From Vicinamibacteria bacterium (GTDB lineage Bacteria > Acidobacteriota > Vicinamibacteria > Marinacidobacterales > Marinacidobacteraceae), in assembly GCA_964291235.2 (NCBI GenBank), contig OZ219816.1, positions 1,632,001 to 1,696,000 of the forward strand: a stretch of 64,000 nt of DNA, read 5' to 3'. A program made the translations under genes and the position numbers. The notes under the pieces are model-generated. The model ran no database searches and was not told where the DNA came from. It saw only the letters and a program-made list of their open reading frames with translations. Shown piece after piece: positions 18,801-28,729 of the stretch. Positions within the stretch are counted from its first letter, which is position 1. Each line of letters opens with the position of its first letter.

Positions 18801-21218
18801 ATGAGTCTTCGCGCCCTTCGCATTTTCCTGCTGCTGGCCGCCGGCTGCCTGTGCGCCGCCGTCGCGCCGGCCCAGGACGAAACCCGCGAGGCTTCCGGGC
18901 TCCAGGCGCCCGTCGAGGTTCTCACCGACCGGTGGGGGCTCGACCACATCTACGCCGACAGCGAAGAGGACCTGTTTTTCGTCCAGGGTTACCGCGCCGC
19001 CGAAAACCGTCTGTTCCAGTTCGAGATGTGGAGGCGTCAGGCCACCGGGACGGTGGCGGAGATCCTTGGCCCCTCCGAACTCCAACGCGACATCGGCACC
19101 CGCCTCCACATGTTCCGGAAGGACATGGGCGAGGAGATGCGCTGGTACCACCCGCGCGGCGACACGATCATTCCGGCCTTCGTCCGCGGCATCAACGCCG
19201 CGGTGGAGCGTGCCCGCCAGAATCCGGACTCCCTGCCGCTCGAGTTTCGCCTGCTCGGAATCCTGCCCGAACCCTGGACCGAAGAAGTGGTGATCTCGCG
19301 CCACCAGGGACTTCTCTCCAACGTAACCCAGGAGTTGAACTACGGGATGGCGGTCGCGGCTATCGGCGCCGAGGCGCTCATGGACATCGACTGGTTCCGC
19401 CCCGGCGTGCCCCAGCTCGAACTCGATCCGGCGATTGACGAATCGCTCCTGAAGCCCGAGATCCTCGACATCTACCGCGCTTTCCGGGGCCCGGTCATCT
19501 TCAAGCCGGAGCAGATCGCCGCCGAGTACCGCAACCGGGACGCCGAGCGGCTCGCACTCCTTCAGGAAATCCCTTCCGAACTGCACCTGGTGGACCTTGG
19601 CGAACAGATCGGATCGAACAACTGGGTGGCGCACGGGGAGCGCACCTGGACCGGGCTGCCCCTCATCGTGAACGACCCGCACCGCACCATCGTCGCCCCA
19701 TCGCTGCGCTACTTCGTGCATCTGAAGGCGCCGGGCTGGGACGTCATCGGCGGCGGTGAGCCGGTCCTTCCGGGCCTTTCCATCGGGCATAACGAGAGAG
19801 GCGGCTGGGGTCTCACCGTTTTCGGGCAGGACAACGAGGACCTCATGGTGTACGACACGAATCCGGACAACCCGAATCAGTACCGCTACCTCGGCGGATG
19901 GGAGGCGATGACCGTCCGCACCGAAACCATCGCGGTCAAGGGAGCGGCCGACCACGAGGCGACTCTCAAGTACACCCGCCACGGCCCGGTGGTGTATGAG
20001 GACACCGAGAACGACAAGGCTTATGCCCTGCGCGCCGCCTGGCTCGAAATCGGGAACTCCCCCTACCTCGCCAGCTTGCGGATGGACCAGGCCCTGACCT
20101 GGGAGGAATTCGTCGAGGCCTGCAACTACAGCGGGATTCCCGCGGAGAACATGATCTGGGGCGATGTGGACGGGAACATCGGCTATCAGGCGGTGGGGGT
20201 CTCCCCGATCCGGAACGCCAACTGGAGCGGCCTCGTCCCGGTGCCCGGGGACGGCCGCTACGAGTGGCAGGGATACCTGCCGATCAAGGCCCTGCCCTCG
20301 GTCAAGAACCCGGAGAAGGGCTTTTGGGGCACCGCGAACAACCTGATGGCGCCCGCGGTGGCCTCCCACTATCCCCATCCCGAAGCGCTCCATTTCACCT
20401 GGGGCGACGAGATGCGGGGCCTGCGGGTGGACGAGCTGATGCGAAACGGCCAGCGGCACACCGTTCAGGACATGATGGCTTACCAGCACGACGAGTTGAG
20501 CGTGGTCGCCCGGAACCTGGTGCCGCTGCTCATGCTGGCCGAACCGCCCGACAGCGCCGCGAAGGCCGCCCTCGCCGACTGGGATTTCGTGATGGACAAG
20601 CAGTCGGTGGCGGCGACCATCTATCTGCACTTCGAACGGCGGGTCTCCGAGGCGATGCGCGAACTCCTGATCCCCGAAGCCGCCCGAGGCCTGGTCCGGG
20701 GGGTGAACAAGAAACGGATGTTCGACCATCTGATGGCGCCCGACGGCCGTTTCGGAGACGACCCGATCGGCGCCCGCGACGAGCTCCTGGTGAAGGCCTT
20801 CGCCGACGGGGTCCAGGACGTCACCGAACGGCTCGGCGCCGACATGGCGAACTGGCACTACGGGCAGACCGCCATGAAGCACGTTCACATCACGAACTAC
20901 ATGGCCCAGGCGGTGAACGAAGAGACCCGGCAACTGCTGGAGGTCGGGCCCTACCCGCGGGGCGGCTACGAATCCACGGTCAACAACACCGGCGGCGGCG
21001 ACAACCAGCGCTCCGGCGGCAGCTTCCGCGTGATTCTGGACCCATCGAACTGGGACAACTCGATCGCGACCAGCGCTCCGGGCCAATCGGGCGATCCGAT
21101 GAGCCCGCACTACCGCGATCTCTTCGAGCTCTGGGTGCGCCACCAGTACTTCCCGCTGGCCTACACCCGGGCGAGGGTGGAGTCGGTCACGGAACACCGC
21201 CTGGTGCTGAATCCGTAG
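18801..21218 (+). CDS. Penicillin acylase family Ntn-hydrolase (S45)
   Basis: AAGGAG RBS; signal peptide; DRWG--HIYA, RLFQFE-WRR, GSNNW, NDPHR, TRHGP and PGQSG-P-SPHY. Confidence 0.93.
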   Translation: MSLRALRIFLLLAAGCLCAAVAPAQDETREASGLQAPVEVLTDRWGLDHIYADSEEDLFFVQGYRAAENRLFQFEMWRRQATGTVAEILGPSELQRDIGTRLHMFRKDMGEEMRWYHPRGDTIIPAFVRGINAAVERARQNPDSLPLEFRLLGILPEPWTEEVVISRHQGLLSNVTQELNYGMAVAAIGAEALMDIDWFRPGVPQLELDPAIDESLLKPEILDIYRAFRGPVIFKPEQIAAEYRNRDAERLALLQEIPSELHLVDLGEQIGSNNWVAHGERTWTGLPLIVNDPHRTIVAPSLRYFVHLKAPGWDVIGGGEPVLPGLSIGHNERGGWGLTVFGQDNEDLMVYDTNPDNPNQYRYLGGWEAMTVRTETIAVKGAADHEATLKYTRHGPVVYEDTENDKAYALRAAWLEIGNSPYLASLRMDQALTWEEFVEACNYSGIPAENMIWGDVDGNIGYQAVGVSPIRNANWSGLVPVPGDGRYEWQGYLPIKALPSVKNPEKGFWGTANNLMAPAVASHYPHPEALHFTWGDEMRGLRVDELMRNGQRHTVQDMMAYQHDELSVVARNLVPLLMLAEPPDSAAKAALADWDFVMDKQSVAATIYLHFERRVSEAMRELLIPEAARGLVRGVNKKRMFDHLMAPDGRFGDDPIGARDELLVKAFADGVQDVTERLGADMANWHYGQTAMKHVHITNYMAQAVNEETRQLLEVGPYPRGGYESTVNNTGGGDNQRSGGSFRVILDPSNWDNSIATSAPGQSGDPMSPHYRDLFELWVRHQYFPLAYTRARVESVTEHRLVLNP

Positions 21219-21299
21219 TCTCGGAAGCCTGTTGGCACTCCGGGCGGGGCGACGATGAGGCGATCAGGCCGGAGAATTTCGGCGTGCCATGCACGGCGA

Positions 21300-21323
21300 T
21301 GCCGGCCTGGAGGTCGGCGCTCC
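21300..21323. repeat. REP-like palindrome (TGCCGGCC-GGAGGYCGGCG-TCC family)
   Basis: Same hairpin motif recurs at 36884, 37079, 49213, 49313, 49585, 55930, 56145, 57331 and 61984. Confidence 0.75.
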
Positions 21324-21328
21324 TTCGC

Positions 21329-23422
21329 ATGACGAACAGCGGCGACGCATCTCCCGGGCCGCCGCGCGCCGCCCGGCGCCCCGTCGCCTACGAGAAGTTC
21401 GGGCGGCGCTGGACGGATCCCTGGGCCTGGATCCGGGACCGCGACAACCCCGAGGTTCTCCGCCACCTCGAGGCCGAGAACGCGTGGACCGAGCGGTGTC
21501 TCGCACCCTGGTCCGGAATCCGGGACGCCGTGCTCGGCGAAATGAAGTCCCGCATCGTCCCGGACACCGCCTCTCCCCCGGTGCGGCACGGGCCGTACCT
21601 CTACTTCTCGCGGTACCGAAGGGGCGAGGAGTACCCGGTGTTCTGCCGCCGTTCGGCCCCGGCGGCGGGTCGTCCGGCGGGGAAGGAGCATCTCCTCCTC
21701 GACTCGAATGCGCTTGCCCGCGAGGCGCACGGGGAGGCGGCGGATGGCTATTTCTCGATCGGCGCCCTCGAAATCTGCCCGGAGCACCGGATCCTCGCCT
21801 TCGCGACGGACACCGTGGGGCGCCGCATTCACGAGTTCCGTTTCCTCGACACCCGGACGGGGAAGGTGCTGGAAGACCGGGTCCCGGGAGCCGCGCCGAA
21901 CCTCGTCTGGACGCGGGCCGGAGACGCGGTGGTGTACACCCGTCTCGATCCGGAGACGCTCCGCTGGAACCGCGTGATGCTCCACCGGCTCGGGGAGGCG
22001 CCCGGACGGGACCGGCTCCTCTACGAGGAGACCGACGATTCCTTCTGGGTAGCAGCCCACGAGAGCCGCTCGCGGGAGTTCGTGCTGCTCCACAGCGAGC
22101 AGACCGACCATGCGGAAGCCTGGGCCATCTCGAGTCGCGAGCCGGAAGCCGCGCCGCGCCGACTTCTTCCGAGAGGACGGCCGCACGAATTCGAAATGGA
22201 TCATTTCCGGGGCCGTTTCGTAATCCGCACAAACCGGGGCGCGCCCGACTTCCGTTTGGTGACCGCCCCGGAGGAATCTCCCGCGACCGAGTCGGCCTGG
22301 GAAGATCTCGTCCCCGCGCGGGAAGGCGTCCAGCTCGAGGGTTTCGAACTCTTCGATACCCATCTGGCCCTGTTTGAACGCGAGCAGGGTCGCCAGGAGC
22401 TTCGCCTGATGGATTGGGAGACCGGCGCGACCCGGCAGGTGCCGCTGCCGGGACCGGCCCGGGCGCTCGACGAGGAAACCAACCCGGAAACCGGCGCCGG
22501 GGAAGTTCGGGTGGTGGTGAGCACGCCGAAGACTCCGCCCACCACCCTCGCCGTCTCGCTGGCGACCGGCCGCCGACGGACCCTCAAGCGAGAGAGAGTG
22601 CCCGGCTTTCGTTCCGCCGACTACCGGGTGCGCCGTCTCTCGGCCCGGGCGCGCGACGGCGTGCGGATCCCGATCTCGCTGGTCCATCACCGCGACCATC
22701 CGCCGGGAAACGCATCGCCCCTGCTGCTCTACGGATACGGCGCCTACGGGATCTCGATGGATCCCGTGTTCTCCCGGGCCCGACCGAGCCTCCTCGACCG
22801 CGGCTTTTGCTTTGCCATCGCACACATCCGGGGCGGCCAGGAACTGGGGCGCGCCTGGTACGAGGCCGGCAGGCAGGACAACAAGACGAACACGTTTCAC
22901 GATTTCGCGGACTGCGCCCGCCACCTGCGGGCGCGCGGGATGTGCGACCCGGGTCGGATCTACGCCATGGGCGGCAGCGCCGGAGGCCTCCTGATGGGCG
23001 CGGTCCTCAACGACGAACCGGCGCTCTTCGCCGGGATCGTGGCGATGGTCCCCTTCGTGGATGTCCTGAACACGATGCTCGACGCCGACATCCCGCTCAC
23101 CACCGCCGAGTACGACGAGTGGGGCGATCCCAATCAAGAGGAGTTCTTCCAACTCCTCGCGAAATACGCGCCGTACGAGAACGTCCCGAAGGCCGCCCTG
23201 CCCCACGTCCTCGTGACCAGCGGCCTCCACGATTCCCAGGTCCAGTTCTGGGAGCCCACCAAGTGGGTGCAGCGTCTGCGGGAGCGGAACACCGATCCGG
23301 CAGCGCAGATCCTGCTCCGTACCAACCTGGACGCCGGCCACGGAGGCCGGTCGGGCCGTTACCGCGGTCTCGACGAGATCGCCGAGATCTACGCGTTCCT
23401 GATCGGGTTGAGCGGAGCGTGA
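21329..23422 (+). CDS. ptrB: Oligopeptidase B (peptidase S9A)
   Basis: D-W-WIRD, LLYGYGAYG, HIRGGQELG--WY, GGSAGGLL, PFVDV-NTM-D--PLT--EY-EWG, HDSQV-FWEP-KW and AGHGG. Confidence 0.93.
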   Translation: MTNSGDASPGPPRAARRPVAYEKFGRRWTDPWAWIRDRDNPEVLRHLEAENAWTERCLAPWSGIRDAVLGEMKSRIVPDTASPPVRHGPYLYFSRYRRGEEYPVFCRRSAPAAGRPAGKEHLLLDSNALAREAHGEAADGYFSIGALEICPEHRILAFATDTVGRRIHEFRFLDTRTGKVLEDRVPGAAPNLVWTRAGDAVVYTRLDPETLRWNRVMLHRLGEAPGRDRLLYEETDDSFWVAAHESRSREFVLLHSEQTDHAEAWAISSREPEAAPRRLLPRGRPHEFEMDHFRGRFVIRTNRGAPDFRLVTAPEESPATESAWEDLVPAREGVQLEGFELFDTHLALFEREQGRQELRLMDWETGATRQVPLPGPARALDEETNPETGAGEVRVVVSTPKTPPTTLAVSLATGRRRTLKRERVPGFRSADYRVRRLSARARDGVRIPISLVHHRDHPPGNASPLLLYGYGAYGISMDPVFSRARPSLLDRGFCFAIAHIRGGQELGRAWYEAGRQDNKTNTFHDFADCARHLRARGMCDPGRIYAMGGSAGGLLMGAVLNDEPALFAGIVAMVPFVDVLNTMLDADIPLTTAEYDEWGDPNQEEFFQLLAKYAPYENVPKAALPHVLVTSGLHDSQVQFWEPTKWVQRLRERNTDPAAQILLRTNLDAGHGGRSGRYRGLDEIAEIYAFLIGLSGA

Positions 23423-23462
23423 ACGGCGCTTCCGGACACGAATTGCGCGGCCTGCGAATGGA

Positions 23463-24860
23463 TCAGACCGTCATCTTCTTCCAGCCGCCCCGTCGGAAGA
23501 CCAGTGTGCTGACCACCGCCGACAGGGAATAGGCAAGCGCCACCGCCCAGAACACGCCGTCCACCCCGAGGGCGGTGCGGGACAGCATCCATGCAACCGG
23601 GATCTCGAAGATCCAGAAACAGAGGACATCGATCCAGGTCGGCGTGCGGGTATCCCCCGCCCCGTTGAAAGCCTGTCGGGTAACCATCCCCAACGCGTAG
23701 AAGACGTAGCCGTAGCTCACCGTCCGGAGCGCGGTCGCGGCGATCTGCAGGACCTCCGGATCGTCTGTGAAGATCCGGGCGATCTCGGGCGCGAAGACCA
23801 CGAAGATGCCCGTCACGAGGCCCATGAACGCCATGTTCCAGCCGCTCGTGATCCACACCGCGCGCTCGGCGCGATCCGGCTTGCCGGCCCCGAGGTTTTG
23901 GCCCACCAGCGTCGAGGCGGCGTTCGAGAGCCCCCAGCAGGGAAGGATGACGAAGAGCGCGACCCGGATGGCGATGACCCAGCCGGCGACCGCAACGGTG
24001 CCGAAACTCGCGATGATGCGGATCAGCAGGATCCAGGGCAGCATGTCGGCCAGCATCTGCGCGATCCCGCCCACCGACACCCGGCAGAGGTTCTTGAGCA
24101 CTCCCCACTGGGTCCGGATGTCTTCGCGGCGAATCCGGAGCCGCGCTCCGCGGGTGAGGATCCAGAACTGGTAGAGGACGCCCGTTCCGCGGCCGATCGT
24201 GGTGGCGACGGCTGCCCCGGGGAGCCCGAGTTCCGGGAACGGCCCCAGCCCGAAGATCAGACAGGGATCGAGGACGATGTTGATCCCGTTGGAGAGCCAG
24301 AGCGCCCGCATCGCGGCCTGGGCGTCGCCCGCCCCGCGCAGGATCGCGTTGTTCAAAAACAGCAGGATGATGGTGGCCATCCCCGCAAACATGATCCGGG
24401 CGTGGGGGGTGCCGACGGCGATCGTCCCCGCATCCGCCCCCATGAGGTCCAACACCCGGGGAGCAAAGATCAGCCCCACGACCCCGAGCGCCAGCGAGAC
24501 CACGAGCCCGAGCCCGATCGCCTGCACCCCGGCGCCCGCCGCTCCCCGCCGGTCCCCCTCCCCGTAGCGGCGCGACACCACCGCCGTTACCGCGAACGAA
24601 AACCCGATTGCGACGGAGTACACCAGGCCGAGCGCGGTCTCGGTGATCCCCGCCGACGCGAGCGCCGCCGGCCCCAGCCGAGCGATGAAGAAAGCGTCCA
24701 CCACTGCGAAGATCGACTCCCCGACCATCTCGAGCGCCATCGGCACCGCCAGCACGAACACAACCGGGGTGAGCGGCCCGGAGGTCAGGTCGCGGTCGGA
24801 ACCCCGGAGCGCTTCGACGAGCAGCGCGAACAGGCGCCGCGTCCTTGAGCCCAGGGGCAT
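23463..24860 (-). CDS. MATE family efflux transporter
   Basis: DLTSGP, LAVPM-LE, LRGAGD, NI-LDP-LIFG-GP-P-LG--GAA-AT and LVGQNLGA. Confidence 0.93.
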   Translation of the reverse strand: MPLGSRTRRLFALLVEALRGSDRDLTSGPLTPVVFVLAVPMALEMVGESIFAVVDAFFIARLGPAALASAGITETALGLVYSVAIGFSFAVTAVVSRRYGEGDRRGAAGAGVQAIGLGLVVSLALGVVGLIFAPRVLDLMGADAGTIAVGTPHARIMFAGMATIILLFLNNAILRGAGDAQAAMRALWLSNGINIVLDPCLIFGLGPFPELGLPGAAVATTIGRGTGVLYQFWILTRGARLRIRREDIRTQWGVLKNLCRVSVGGIAQMLADMLPWILLIRIIASFGTVAVAGWVIAIRVALFVILPCWGLSNAASTLVGQNLGAGKPDRAERAVWITSGWNMAFMGLVTGIFVVFAPEIARIFTDDPEVLQIAATALRTVSYGYVFYALGMVTRQAFNGAGDTRTPTWIDVLCFWIFEIPVAWMLSRTALGVDGVFWAVALAYSLSAVVSTLVFRRGGWKKMTV

Positions 24861-24943
24861 GAACGTCGTGGCGTCGCGCGGTCAGCGGCCGCCGTCCGTA
24901 CAGCCGGTCCTGGCGCAGGCGGGGTGCATGTGGCGGGCGCCGA

Positions 24944-25777
24944 TCAGTCCGGCGGGATCAGCGCCACGATGCGTACCGGGGCGCCGGTGCCGGCCTCGAT
25001 CTTCATCGGGAGGGCGATGAGCAGGAAGCCGGACGGCGGAAGTTCGGACAGATCGCCGACGTTTTCCAGGTTGGGAATTCCGGCGGCGCCGCCGACCTGA
25101 TGCACGATGAAGTCGGTGGACGGTCCGTAGTCCACGCTCGCCGTATCGATCCCTACGAGGCCCACCTCGCGGTCGGCCAGGAGACGCATGGCGTCCTCTG
25201 CCAGCCCCGGAAAGTGGAGGTTGTCGGCGCTACCGGCTTCGTCGTCGCCCAAGTACGAGAGCGCATCCGGCCAGCGGCTCGCCCAGCCGGTGCGGAAGAG
25301 CACGGCCGTCCCGGGAGGGATCTCGCCGTGTTCCGCCTCCCAGTTCCGGACGTCGTCGGCGCTCGCCCGGTAGTCGGGATCGGCTTCCGCCTGCCCGCTC
25401 ACATCCACGACCACACCCGGGGCGATGAGGCGACTCAGCGGAATCTGCCCCACCAGATCGGCGCCTTCGTAGAAGTGGTAGGGAGCATCCAGATGCGTCC
25501 CCCCGTGTTCGGCGGTGGCGAACTCCTTCATCGCGTAGAAAAAACCCGCCGGCGTCATGCCCTCGGCCAGAGTGTCGAGTTGAAATCCCCTGGTGTCGGT
25601 CGGCCAGTAGAGGGTGTTCTCGCCATACCCGTGACTGAGATCCACCATCTTCCATCCCGCGACGGCCTCGGGACTGAGTTCGGGACCCGGCGGCGGCGCT
25701 GCCTCCGGCGGAGCCCCGCAGGAAGCGGCGCCCAGCGCGGCGACCACGCTGGCGACGACGAAGAATCGGGCTACCAT
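24944..25777 (-). CDS. Cyclase family metal-dependent hydrolase (kynurenine formamidase-like), probable lipoprotein
   Basis: VDLSH, EHGGTHLDAP-HF, RTGW, GIDT-SVD and LP-K---GTGAPVR; lipobox-like AASC. Confidence 0.9.
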   Translation of the reverse strand: MVARFFVVASVVAALGAASCGAPPEAAPPPGPELSPEAVAGWKMVDLSHGYGENTLYWPTDTRGFQLDTLAEGMTPAGFFYAMKEFATAEHGGTHLDAPYHFYEGADLVGQIPLSRLIAPGVVVDVSGQAEADPDYRASADDVRNWEAEHGEIPPGTAVLFRTGWASRWPDALSYLGDDEAGSADNLHFPGLAEDAMRLLADREVGLVGIDTASVDYGPSTDFIVHQVGGAAGIPNLENVGDLSELPPSGFLLIALPMKIEAGTGAPVRIVALIPPD

Positions 25778-25815
25778 CAAGAAAACCTGCCTGTGCAGGA
25801 ATGTTACCGAGCGAG

Positions 25816-26226
25816 ATGTCCCGAATCCTGGCGGCGTCCCTCCCCGTGGTGGCCGCGGGTGCTCTCCTCGCGCCGGGAAGCGGGGACGCGCTGCTGGCGG
25901 CCTCGGTGGTGAGCGCGGCCATCATCGCAGCGTGGAGCGTCGGCTCCGCCGACTCGCCAGGATCCCGGCGGGCGAACCCGGGGAAGCGCGCCGGCCAGAT
26001 CGCCAGCGCCGGATTCGCCCTTTCGCTCGCCGCGGGTGCGCTGGTCGCCGCGGGGGTCGCGGACGCGCCCGGCCTCTTCGGTCTGCCGCGGTCACTCTGG
26101 GGACTGCTGCTGGGCGTCTGGCTCGTGCCGCTGGTCGTAACCAGCTTCGGTTTCGCCGTCGCTTTCCGGCCCCCCGACCCGGCAGCGCTGGAACGGCTCC
26201 GCGCGGGATCGCCACCAGGCCATTGA
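25816..26226 (+). CDS. Small membrane protein, probable partner of the downstream symporter
   Basis: Several hydrophobic segments; stop overlaps the TTG start of the next gene. Confidence 0.6.
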   Translation: MSRILAASLPVVAAGALLAPGSGDALLAASVVSAAIIAAWSVGSADSPGSRRANPGKRAGQIASAGFALSLAAGALVAAGVADAPGLFGLPRSLWGLLLGVWLVPLVVTSFGFAVAFRPPDPAALERLRAGSPPGH

Positions 26227-27668
26227 TCCCGGCGCTCCTGCTCCTGCTGACCCTGCTCATAGGGTTGGCATCACTGCGAAAGACCCGGGATTCGTCGGAC
26301 TTTTTCGTGGCCGGACGCCGGTTGGGGAGCTTCCGCGCCGGGGTTGCGGTGGCGGCTTCCGCGTTCAGCGGCTTCGTGTTCCTGGGAGGGCCCGGACTCA
26401 CCGCGCAAATCGGTTTCGGTTCGCTGTTCATAGTGGTCCCCGCCGGGTTTACCGCCGCTCTGCTGTGCCGCACCACCGGCCGCCGACTCGCGCTGATCGC
26501 CGAAGCGAGCGGAGCCCAGACGCTGCCGGAGTCCATCGCCTTCCGCTTCGGGGCCAAAGCGCCGGCGGCGCTGGCCGCGGTCGCGATTCTGATCGGCAGC
26601 GTCATCTATCTCGGTGTCCAGCTCTCGGCGCTCGCCCGCGCCGCCCGCTTCGCCTTCCCCGAGGTCGGGCTCGGGGTCTGCCTCGTTCTCGGGCTGGGCG
26701 TCGTCCTCGCCTACTCGCTTGCGGGAGGAATGGTGGCCTCGGTCAACACGGACGTGCTGCAGGGGGGCGTGATGGTGGCGGCGGCCGTGGCGGCGTTCTG
26801 GTGGGTCATGACCCAGGTCGGGGGGCCCGCGGGCGCCGCCGCAAGCCTGAGCGCCAGCGGTCCCGGGACCGCCGGATTTCTCGAACCGCTGGGCGTACTG
26901 GAGCCGGCGACGGGGTTCGGTTTCCTGCTGCTCTTTTCGATCGGAACCCTCGGGCAACCCCATATGCTCCACAAGTTCCTGATGCTGAAGAGCCCGGAGG
27001 CGCTCCGCTACCTGCCGGCGGTGATCGGCGGCGCCCAGAGCCTCAGCATCCTCGTCTGGATCGGCCTCGGAACCGGCGCCATCGTCCTCGCTGGCGGCGT
27101 CCCGGGAACGGCCCCGGCCCACCCGGACGATGCCGCCCTCACGGTCCTCGGTCTGCCGCAGACGCCGGACCTCCTCGCCGGGGTGGTCGCCGCGGCGGTG
27201 CTCGCCGCCATCATGTCCACGAGCGACGCGTTCTTGAACCTCGGAGCGGCGGCGCTTTGCCGAGACCTCCCGCGCGCTTTCGGGCGGCGCCCGCTTTCCG
27301 GCCTGGCCGCCGCCCGCCTCGCGGGTCTCCTCGTGGGACTCGCGGCGCTCGGGGTCGCCGCCTGGCACCTCGCCGGAGGCGGCCTGATCGCGCTGCTCGG
27401 GACCCTCGGGTTCGGCGCGTTCGCCGCCGGGCTTGCCCCCACGCTACTGCTCGGCCTTTCCTGGTCTCGCGTCACGGGGCTGGCCGCGATCCTGGCCATG
27501 GCCGCCGGGCTCGGATCCTTGCTGGCTCTCGAGATGCTCGCGCCGGAACTCGCCGTTCCGCCGGCGGTGCTGGCGATGGCCGCCGGCTTCGCTGTCCTGG
27601 TAGGGGTCAGTCTCCTCTCCCGCCCGGAGCCCGCGCCCGAGTCCGTGCGGCTCGCGATGACGCTGTGA
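26223..27668 (+). CDS. Sodium:solute symporter (PutP/PanF-like)
   Basis: DFFVAGR-LG, SAFSGF-FLGGPG, GGM-AS--TDVLQG, GQPH---KF and AAIMST-D. Confidence 0.9.
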   Translation: MIPALLLLLTLLIGLASLRKTRDSSDFFVAGRRLGSFRAGVAVAASAFSGFVFLGGPGLTAQIGFGSLFIVVPAGFTAALLCRTTGRRLALIAEASGAQTLPESIAFRFGAKAPAALAAVAILIGSVIYLGVQLSALARAARFAFPEVGLGVCLVLGLGVVLAYSLAGGMVASVNTDVLQGGVMVAAAVAAFWWVMTQVGGPAGAAASLSASGPGTAGFLEPLGVLEPATGFGFLLLFSIGTLGQPHMLHKFLMLKSPEALRYLPAVIGGAQSLSILVWIGLGTGAIVLAGGVPGTAPAHPDDAALTVLGLPQTPDLLAGVVAAAVLAAIMSTSDAFLNLGAAALCRDLPRAFGRRPLSGLAAARLAGLLVGLAALGVAAWHLAGGGLIALLGTLGFGAFAAGLAPTLLLGLSWSRVTGLAAILAMAAGLGSLLALEMLAPELAVPPAVLAMAAGFAVLVGVSLLSRPEPAPESVRLAMTL

Positions 27669-28726
27669 CCGACCGACCGGCCTCGGGCTTGCGCATCGCG
27701 CTGATTACCGGCGGTTCGACCCCGGAACGGGACGTTGCGCTCGCGGGAGCCGGAGAAGTCCTGCGCGCCCTGCGCGTCGCGGGACACGAGGTGACGGCGG
27801 TGGACACCGTCCACGGGGAACTGGGGCCCGAGCAGGAAGGGCAGTTCCTCGCGCTCCGGGTCGGCCGCCGGCCCCCATCGGATCAGGATCTGACCGCGGC
27901 GCGCCAGCGCGAGGACGTGCCGGCTTTGCTCCGGCTGAAGGCGGTCGGCAACGCCGACCTGGCCTTCCTGGTTCTCCACGGACTCGACGGCGAAGGCGGG
28001 CTGCTCCAGGCAGTCCTCGAACTCGGCGGATTGCCCTACACCGGAAGCGGGGTGCTGGCGAGCGCGCTCGCCATGGAGAAGGCGGCCGCGAAGCGCGTCC
28101 TGCAGGGAGCGGGAATCCCCACCCCGCGGTTCGAGATGTTCGAGCTCCAGGCGCCGGACGACCGGCGGAGCGAGATCATCTCCCTCGGTTTTCCGGTAGT
28201 GGTCAAGCCGTCGCGGGTGGGATCCTCGGTCGGGCTGCGGACCGCCAGCGACTTCGAGGACACCCGTGCGGCTATCGCGGAAGCGCGTCGGCACGATCAT
28301 TGCGTTCTGGTCGAGGAAATGCTCCCAGGTCGCGAATTCACCGTGGGCGTCGTCGGGGAACCGGACGGGGTCGGCCTCGAACCGCTCGGCGTCGGGGAGA
28401 TCGTCACCGGCTCGGGAATGTTCGACTACCACGCGAAATACACGCCGGGAATCGCCGAGGAGATTTTCCCGGCGGACATTCCGGAGCCGCTCGCGCAAAG
28501 ACTGCGGGAGTTGACAGTCGAGACCCACCGGGCGCTCGGCCTGCGCGACTTCTCGCGGGTGGATTTCCGCCTCGACGAGCACGGCGAACCCCTGGTTCTG
28601 GAAGCGAACACCCTGCCGGGCATGACCACCAGGAGCCTGCTGCCCCAGTCCGCAGCCGTCATGGGAATCAGCTTTCCGGCGCTCTGCGACCGGATCGCCC
28701 GTCTGGCCGCACGGCGGAGAAGCTGA
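27665..28726 (+). CDS. ddl: D-alanine--D-alanine ligase
   Basis: GG-TPERDV-L, LHG--GE-G, PYTGSG--ASAL-M-K, VKP---GSS-G, FDY-AKY, RVDF and EANTLPGMT--SL-P. Confidence 0.93.
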   Translation: MTDRPASGLRIALITGGSTPERDVALAGAGEVLRALRVAGHEVTAVDTVHGELGPEQEGQFLALRVGRRPPSDQDLTAARQREDVPALLRLKAVGNADLAFLVLHGLDGEGGLLQAVLELGGLPYTGSGVLASALAMEKAAAKRVLQGAGIPTPRFEMFELQAPDDRRSEIISLGFPVVVKPSRVGSSVGLRTASDFEDTRAAIAEARRHDHCVLVEEMLPGREFTVGVVGEPDGVGLEPLGVGEIVTGSGMFDYHAKYTPGIAEEIFPADIPEPLAQRLRELTVETHRALGLRDFSRVDFRLDEHGEPLVLEANTLPGMTTRSLLPQSAAVMGISFPALCDRIARLAARRRS

Positions 28727-28729
28727 ACG

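Noticed and set aside
20264-21328. N-terminal third of the 1052-aa ORF as a fusion domain on oligopeptidase B
   Set aside because: Off-frame overlap with the acylase gene giving Arg/Gly/Pro-rich shadow sequence; real start is near 21329
27665-28726. VanA/VanB-type D-Ala-D-Lac ligase
   Set aside because: Omega loop FDYHAKY is the D-Ala-D-Ala type and no vanH/vanX genes are nearby
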